Source: Deltaproteobacteria bacterium (GTDB taxonomy: Bacteria > Desulfobacterota > Binatia > UBA12015). Taken from it: a stretch of 64,000 bases of DNA. Positions 57,701-64,000 of the stretch are shown piece by piece. Below the pieces are notes generated by a model, which was not told where the DNA came from, did no database searches, and saw only the letters and a program-made list of their open reading frames with translations. The position numbers and the translations under genes are program-made. Within the stretch, counting starts at the first letter, position 1. Each line of letters opens with the position of its first letter. The stretch covers positions 32,001 through 96,000 of the forward strand of contig JAYGCM010000069.1 of assembly GCA_046583355.1 (NCBI GenBank), in the 5' to 3' direction.

Positions 57701-58504
57701 ATGGGATTCGCTGATGTTCATGCTCACCTCACGCACCCCCGCTTTGCCGAGCGTCTGGCGGAGGTTCTGGCCGAGGCCGCCGAGGCGGGCGTCTCGACGA
57801 TTCTCGTCAACGGCCTGAACCCGCGCGACAACGAAGCTGCACGCGCTCTTGCGGCGCGCGAGCCGCAGGTAAAGGCGGCCTTCGGCCTCTATCCGGTCGA
57901 TGCCGTGCTGGCCGAGATGCGCGCGCTCGGCGTGGAGTACCCGCGCGAGGGTGAGGAATGTAGCGGCGAGGAGGGCCTCGCCTGGCTGCGCGCGAACGCC
58001 GCCGATGCGTTTGCGATCGGCGAGATCGGCCTGGACGGCTATTGGGTGCCTGAGTCTCTTTGGGAGGCCCAGGAGAAGATCTTTCGCGCCGCCGTCCAGA
58101 TCGCACTCGATCACGATAAGGCGATCATCATGCATACCCGCAAGCGTGAGCGTCGCGCCTTCGAGATCTTGAAGGAGATGGGCGCCACGCGGGTCGATTG
58201 GCATTGCTTCAGCGGCAAGGCGAAACTCGCCCGGCAGATCGCCGAGCACGGCCATTGGTTGTCGATTCCGGCCAACGCGCGCCGCGCCGAGGGCTTCACG
58301 CGCATGATCGAGACGCTGCCGCGCGAGAAAATCCTGCTCGAGACCGACTGCCCCTATCTCTCGCCTGACCGCGAGCGCGCGAGCACACCCGCCGATGTCG
58401 CCGGCACGGCCGCCTACGCCGCCGAACTCTGGGATGTACCGATTGCGGCGGTGGAGGAGCAACTCAGCGCGAATTTCCACGCCCTCTTCGGCGTCGCGCC
58501 CTGA
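57701..58504 (+). CDS. TatD-family hydrolase
   Basis: DVHAHL, IGEIGLD, HTR, HCFSG and LLETDCPY motifs. Confidence 0.92.
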   Translation: MGFADVHAHLTHPRFAERLAEVLAEAAEAGVSTILVNGLNPRDNEAARALAAREPQVKAAFGLYPVDAVLAEMRALGVEYPREGEECSGEEGLAWLRANAADAFAIGEIGLDGYWVPESLWEAQEKIFRAAVQIALDHDKAIIMHTRKRERRAFEILKEMGATRVDWHCFSGKAKLARQIAEHGHWLSIPANARRAEGFTRMIETLPREKILLETDCPYLSPDRERASTPADVAGTAAYAAELWDVPIAAVEEQLSANFHALFGVAP

Positions 58505-58528
58505 TACGGTGGGCCAGGTCTCGTCCTA

Positions 58529-59005
58529 TCAGGATTTCATCTTCACCTGCTCGGGCGTCTTGAATTTACCGCCGGCTTCGATCCAGCCACTAAAGACTCC
58601 GGGCGCATCTTTTTTGGGGTTGTAGATATCTTCTTCCGATCGCCAGAGCCCGCCGCCGCCGTAGAGCAGGCGGGACCAATTCGGGAAGCCGAAAGGTGTC
58701 CCATCGGGGCGGAAGGGCTCGGGGAGGTTGTTCCAGACCTCCCAGACGATGGCGCCGTGCTTCTCGTCGATGACCGACCAACCCTCCGGGAAGCTCATGG
58801 TGGGAAAGGGCGCCATCACGCCGCAGATCCATTTGCGAATCGCCTCGCGCCCCTGCAAATCGCCGTAGGCATGCTCGATATAATGCGCGTCCTCGGTGAA
58901 GAGGTCGGCCCAGAGGTTCCAATTGCCCGTCTGCGATGCCTTGTCACGGATCCTGCGGTAATGCTGGAACGCTTCCAATAATTCTTCGCGCGAAAATTTT
59001 CCCAT
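58529..59005 (-). CDS. NTF2/SnoaL-like protein
   Basis: WADLFTEDA.Y..H..G...GREAI and EEDIYNP motifs. Confidence 0.85.
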   Translation of the reverse strand: MGKFSREELLEAFQHYRRIRDKASQTGNWNLWADLFTEDAHYIEHAYGDLQGREAIRKWICGVMAPFPTMSFPEGWSVIDEKHGAIVWEVWNNLPEPFRPDGTPFGFPNWSRLLYGGGGLWRSEEDIYNPKKDAPGVFSGWIEAGGKFKTPEQVKMKS

Positions 59006-59147
59006 CGTTTCTCTCCTGGCTTGCGGCGGGATCGCCGCGGGGACTCTTCTCGCGCAGTGCGCCGGATCGGTCAATCGTGCGGCGATCGGTCGTGATTGTA
59101 GTGGCCTCATCTCGCCTCGCGCAGGGGGCTGGGCTAGGGATGGAGGA

Positions 59148-59876
59148 ATGAGTGAGAGGATGTCCGAGCAAACCCGTGCGCTCTGGGAGCCGCGTGATAA
59201 TCCGGCCGAGGGCGTGTGGAAGGTACGGCGCCGCCTGGCGGCCGCCATGCGTCTGGTCGTAGAGCGCCTGACCACCAGCGATGCGCCTGAAGACGAGCTG
59301 GTGATCGTGGCGGACCGGCTCGAAGAATACGCGGCGCGGCTCAAGGGCCACCCGCGCCGCAAGCGCTACGACGGTTTCTCCGAAGCCGCGGTGGCGGATC
59401 CTGCCCAGGCGAAGAAATCGATGGGCGGCGCGCATTTCGATTTCTCACCGCTCATCGGGCAATCCAACCCATTGGCTCCGCCCATCGTGATCAGCTCAGA
59501 CGACGAGGGCGTGCAGGGCGATGTCGTCTTCGGCGCGGCCTACGAAGGCCCGCCGGGTTGCGTCCACGGCGGCTGTATCGCCGCCGCCTTCGACGAAGTG
59601 CTGGGCTATGCGCAGACCTTCTCCGGTCAGCCAGGCATGACGGGCACCCTGGAGACCGTGTACCGCGCGCCCACGCCCCTGCATACGCCTCTGGTCTTTC
59701 GCTCGCGGATCGCCGAGATCTCGGGCCGCAAGGTAATCTGCAAGGGCACGTTGCATGCGGGCGACCAGCTTTGTGCCGAGGCCACCGGCATCTTCATCTC
59801 GTTCAAGCCCGGCAAATTCCTCGCTCTGGCGGCCGGCCGCGAGGAGCGCGAAAAAAAGCGCAATCCGGCGACCTAG
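59148..59876 (+). CDS. PaaI-family (hotdog) thioesterase
   Basis: SPLIG.SNPLAPP and YEGPPG.VHGG.IAAAFDEVLG motifs. Confidence 0.9.
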   Translation: MSERMSEQTRALWEPRDNPAEGVWKVRRRLAAAMRLVVERLTTSDAPEDELVIVADRLEEYAARLKGHPRRKRYDGFSEAAVADPAQAKKSMGGAHFDFSPLIGQSNPLAPPIVISSDDEGVQGDVVFGAAYEGPPGCVHGGCIAAAFDEVLGYAQTFSGQPGMTGTLETVYRAPTPLHTPLVFRSRIAEISGRKVICKGTLHAGDQLCAEATGIFISFKPGKFLALAAGREEREKKRNPAT

Positions 59877-59896
59877 AGGAGGCGGATCTGGGGACG

Positions 59897-61030
59897 GTGA
59901 GGAAGGCTGGCGCGACTGGCGCCCGCGTAGCGGGAGCAGCCAAGACGAAGACCAACGCGGGCACTCGTGCTCGTGCGGCCAGTCGCGCGAAGAAGAAGCG
60001 TCGCAAGGCCAAGCGCCGCGGTCGCCAGGGCCTGCTGGGGCGGGCCTGGTACCGGCCGGCCGAGGTCCTGGTGGGCGGCGCGCTGGTTGCCGTTGGGACT
60101 CTTGCGGTGCTCGCCCGTCTTGCCGGTGCCGTCTCGCCCGTGGCGTTGCTTGCGGCGCTCACGGCCGCTGCCGTGCTGAGCGTTGTGCTGGTCTTTTTGC
60201 TCGAGAAGTTGCGCCGCGGCAGCGCGGGTTGGCGGCGTCACGCGCTCAACGCCTTTGCGCTGAGTCTGATCGGCCTGGCCGGCTGGTATGCCCCGCCTAC
60301 GCACGCGCTAGACGCGCTGCGTGAGGTGCTGGCTGGCGAGCGGCAGACCCAGGTCCGGGTCGTGCGCCATCAGGTCTATGCCGCCTATCGGCGGATGAAT
60401 CTGGCCGACCAGTTGAAGATTCTCGAGCGCGGGCGTGTCTATGAGCCGACCGTGCAGGAGGCGGCGGAGGCCTTCGGCGAGGATGCCGAGATTCTCATGG
60501 GCGTGGCTGCGACCGAGTCGAGTTTTTACCCGCGACCAAGTCGCGATGGGGGCCGTGGGCTTTTTCAGATCACCGCCGTGCCCGCGGCGGCCGAGGCGGC
60601 GGCGCGGGCAAAGCTCGGTATTGCCCGGCTTGATCCGGTGAACCAGCGCCATAACGCTTTCGTTGCGGCCGCAACGCTGGCGCAATACCGCGAGCAGATG
60701 GCCGGGGATCTCTTCCTCACCCTCTTGGCGTACAATATCGGCCCACATAATGGCGGGCTTGCTTTCATCATGGAGAAGTATGGCGCGAGCAATTTCGCGC
60801 AGGCGCAGCCCTATTTGCAGGAGCTGCCACGAGATTACCCGGTGCGTGTACTGGCCGCGGCGCTGGCCTATCGCGTTTGGCGCCAGCGCGGCGAGCTGCC
60901 GCGCTACGAGGAAGACGGGCGCGCCGCTGAGATCCAGGCGCTCGGCATTCCCGGCCTCGATGATTCTCGCCCAGCGACCTTCGCGTCGTGGTTCAAGCTC
61001 ACACCCGATCGGGCATCCCGTACTGAATAG
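59897..61030 (+). CDS. Membrane-anchored lytic transglycosylase (SLT domain)
   Basis: ESSF, GRGLFQI and LAYNIGP motifs; about 3 TM helices; basic N-terminus; start approximate. Confidence 0.8.
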   Translation: MRKAGATGARVAGAAKTKTNAGTRARAASRAKKKRRKAKRRGRQGLLGRAWYRPAEVLVGGALVAVGTLAVLARLAGAVSPVALLAALTAAAVLSVVLVFLLEKLRRGSAGWRRHALNAFALSLIGLAGWYAPPTHALDALREVLAGERQTQVRVVRHQVYAAYRRMNLADQLKILERGRVYEPTVQEAAEAFGEDAEILMGVAATESSFYPRPSRDGGRGLFQITAVPAAAEAAARAKLGIARLDPVNQRHNAFVAAATLAQYREQMAGDLFLTLLAYNIGPHNGGLAFIMEKYGASNFAQAQPYLQELPRDYPVRVLAAALAYRVWRQRGELPRYEEDGRAAEIQALGIPGLDDSRPATFASWFKLTPDRASRTE

Positions 61031-61083
61031 AAGCCTCTCGATTGCCGCAGGCCTACTTTGGCGGGGCCTCTAGGGCATTTTCT

Positions 61084-61485
61084 TCAGCGCGTCGCATCGC
61101 GGCTGCGCAGAGCACCGCGCCAATGCAGAAGGTGCGTGTCGGCCGTGATCAATTCTCCGCTGGCTCGAATCGCTGTCGCGGCGATGATTCGATCTGCTGG
61201 GTCGCCATGGAGGCCGTCGAGTTGGCTGGCGAGAATACCGATCGCGCCGTTCACGGGGATTTCTTCGATGCCAGATCCGAGCGCGTCGCGACGATAGGCC
61301 TCGACTGGCTGAGAGAGCGCGATGCGCCCCTTTGCGAGCAGCATTCCGATCTCCCAAAAGGAAAGGGCTGAGATCGCGAGCTCCTCTGCATGCAATGCGG
61401 TGTCGATGCGGCGCCGTGTACGGCGGCCGAGTCGAGGGTTTTCTTCACCCAGCCAGAGCAGAACGTGGGTGTCTATGAGGGTCAA
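61084..61485 (-). CDS. vapC: PIN-domain VapC-family toxin
   Basis: IDTHVLLW, SALSFWEI, HGDPADRII and LITAD motifs. Confidence 0.92.
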   Translation of the reverse strand: MTLIDTHVLLWLGEENPRLGRRTRRRIDTALHAEELAISALSFWEIGMLLAKGRIALSQPVEAYRRDALGSGIEEIPVNGAIGILASQLDGLHGDPADRIIAATAIRASGELITADTHLLHWRGALRSRDATR

Positions 61486-61718
61486 TCTCTATCCGCCTCC
61501 CAGTCGAGGTCCAGGGGGGCGACAATGTCACCGAGGATCGTCAACTGCCCCTTGGCGAAGCCGAAGAGCGTTTTCGGCCTGTTGCCGAGCGGCGCGAGTT
61601 GCGCGACTGGTTTGCCGCGTTTGGTGATGATGATGGGTTCGTGATCGCGTGCGACCCGATCCATCAATTCGAGGCAATGGGCCTTGAACTCGCCGGCTGC
61701 GATTCTTTTTGTGACCAT
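61482..61718 (-). CDS. Phd/YefM-family antitoxin
   Basis: AGEFKAHCL.LMD.V...IIITKRGKPVA; TTGA overlap with the toxin; promoter TTGCCG-N17-TATCAT favours the second ATG. Confidence 0.9.
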   Translation of the reverse strand: MVTKRIAAGEFKAHCLELMDRVARDHEPIIITKRGKPVAQLAPLGNRPKTLFGFAKGQLTILGDIVAPLDLDWEADRD

Positions 61719-62145
61719 GATGGTGACCATGATAGATTAGCTCCCGGTTCGCGGCAAGACTCATAATGCCGGTTCGGCCTGCGGGAAAGAGGACGCGGGT
61801 GTCATCTGCTTCACTGCACGTGGCATGCCGGGCTGCATGCGCCCGCATAGTGGGTTTCTTCGGCCAATGTTGCATGGCCGTGTTGCGCCGGGTTGCACGT
61901 TGCAACGAAACGTCTCAGGCCGAGCGAAGGAAAAATGCGCGATAATCCGATTCTCTCGCGAATCGCGAGCCATATGCGTTGACTCCCACGGGTGGTGGAT
62001 TACAAGAGCATTCCGTGGTCCGGTCCCGCTTCGCATGTCACGGAAACGGCACCACGGGTGGCTCTGTTTTCGACCAGCATGTTGTGTGCTCCGAGGCGAC
62101 CTTCCGCGGTGTTGGGTTGGGGATCCGGATCTTGGAGACCCTCTA

Positions 62146-62916
62146 TTGTCAGCCACTATCGTCATACCAGCTCGTCTCGGCTCGACCCGTCTGCCGGGCA
62201 AGGCGCTTGCCGATATCGCCGGCTTGCCTATGGTCGTGCGCGTCTGGCAGCAGGCCTCGCGCTCACGCGGTGTCGATGAAGTGCTGGTTGCGACTGACGA
62301 CGAGACGATCTTTCGCGTCGTTGAGCAGGCCGGGGGCCGGGCTGTGATGACACGCGCCGATCACCCTTCGGGCACCGACCGCATTGCCGAGGTGGCCGCC
62401 GGGCTCGACTCCGAGATTATCGTCAACGTGCAGGGCGACCTGCCGCTGCTCGATCCGAGCTGGGTCGAGGCGGCCATTGCTGCTTTGGAAGAGGCGCCGG
62501 CTGGCGGTGGGCAGCGCGCCGTGATGTCGACGCTCGCCACCACGCTTGATGCTGGCGATGAGAGCCGCCCGCAAGTCGTGAAGGTCGTCTGTGATCAGGC
62601 CGGACACGCGCTATATTTCTCCCGCCAGCCGATCCCGGCGGGCGAGGGGGCTTGCCTCAAACATATCGGGCTCTACGCCTATCGGCGGTCTTTCCTTTTG
62701 CAGTTCGCGAAGCTGCGCCCGACGCCTTTGGAGCTCTCGGAGAAACTCGAGCAGCTGCGCGTGCTGGAGCACGGCGAGAAAATTCGCGTTGCGATGGTCG
62801 AGTCGGTGGCGCCGATGGTCGAAGTCGATACACAAGAAGATCTGGATAGAATCCGTGCACTCCTCTGCGAGGGGGACGCGGCTAGTGGCTCGCTGCCGAG
62901 CCGGGACGAGGGATAA
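62146..62916 (+). CDS. kdsB: 3-deoxy-manno-octulosonate cytidylyltransferase
   Basis: IPARLGSTRLPGK, SGTDRIAE, NVQGD, HIGLYAY and LEQLR motifs; TTG start after GGAG. Confidence 0.96.
   Translation: MSATIVIPARLGSTRLPGKALADIAGLPMVVRVWQQASRSRGVDEVLVATDDETIFRVVEQAGGRAVMTRADHPSGTDRIAEVAAGLDSEIIVNVQGDLPLLDPSWVEAAIAALEEAPAGGGQRAVMSTLATTLDAGDESRPQVVKVVCDQAGHALYFSRQPIPAGEGACLKHIGLYAYRRSFLLQFAKLRPTPLELSEKLEQLRVLEHGEKIRVAMVESVAPMVEVDTQEDLDRIRALLCEGDAASGSLPSRDEG

Positions 62917-64000
<1,084 letters not shown>

Noticed and set aside
57602..58480. N-terminal 293 aa of the 697-aa amidohydrolase ORF
   Set aside because: Mostly antisense to tatD; the real start is probably 57601, so this is not a fusion
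61825..62145. N-terminal extension of KdsB
   Set aside because: Non-homologous sequence; the TTG at 62146 with a GGAG RBS matches the normal KdsB start

Overview
GC-rich bacterial chromosomal window. Gene content and order (aroE-pilB-pilT-pilC-pilA with a Geobacter-like pilin N-terminus, recO...GlyRS...ppdK, many lipid/aromatic catabolic enzymes) suggest a delta-proteobacteria-like lineage such as Binatia or Myxococcota; this is inference only. From left to right: grpE-dnaK-dnaJ (-); recO; a ~10 kb accessory block (outer-membrane protein, three glycosyltransferases, a Phd-VapC toxin-antitoxin pair, an SGNH protein, a WS/DGAT pseudogene, a sterol-methyltransferase-like gene and a frameshifted receiver protein); alpha2 GlyRS, murB, an acyltransferase and ppdK; an unannotated ~260 nt hairpin-rich transcription unit; a beta-propeller lipoprotein, aroE and an ABC-class ATPase; a ~17 kb type IVa pilus locus (pilBTC, aromatic-rich pilA, a GT-C-like membrane protein, pilD, two fimT-pilV-pilW-pilX cassettes, pilY1); catabolic genes (IclR, cyclase, Mch-like); a second, inverted pilA paralogue; metF, an amidase, a diheme cytochrome with a CXCH motif, MFS, amidohydrolase, TatD, thioesterase and SLT; a second Phd-VapC pair; kdsB and truncated pyrG. 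No tRNA, rRNA, CRISPR array, integrase or transposase was recognised. Best leads: (1) the structured RNA/leader after ppdK; (2) a two-pilin, two-tip-cassette, probably glycosylated T4aP system with sigma28-type promoters on the motor genes and sigma54 promoters on the pilins; (3) an 18-bp motif repeated at gene boundaries of the accessory block. All calls were made by eye; no searches were run.
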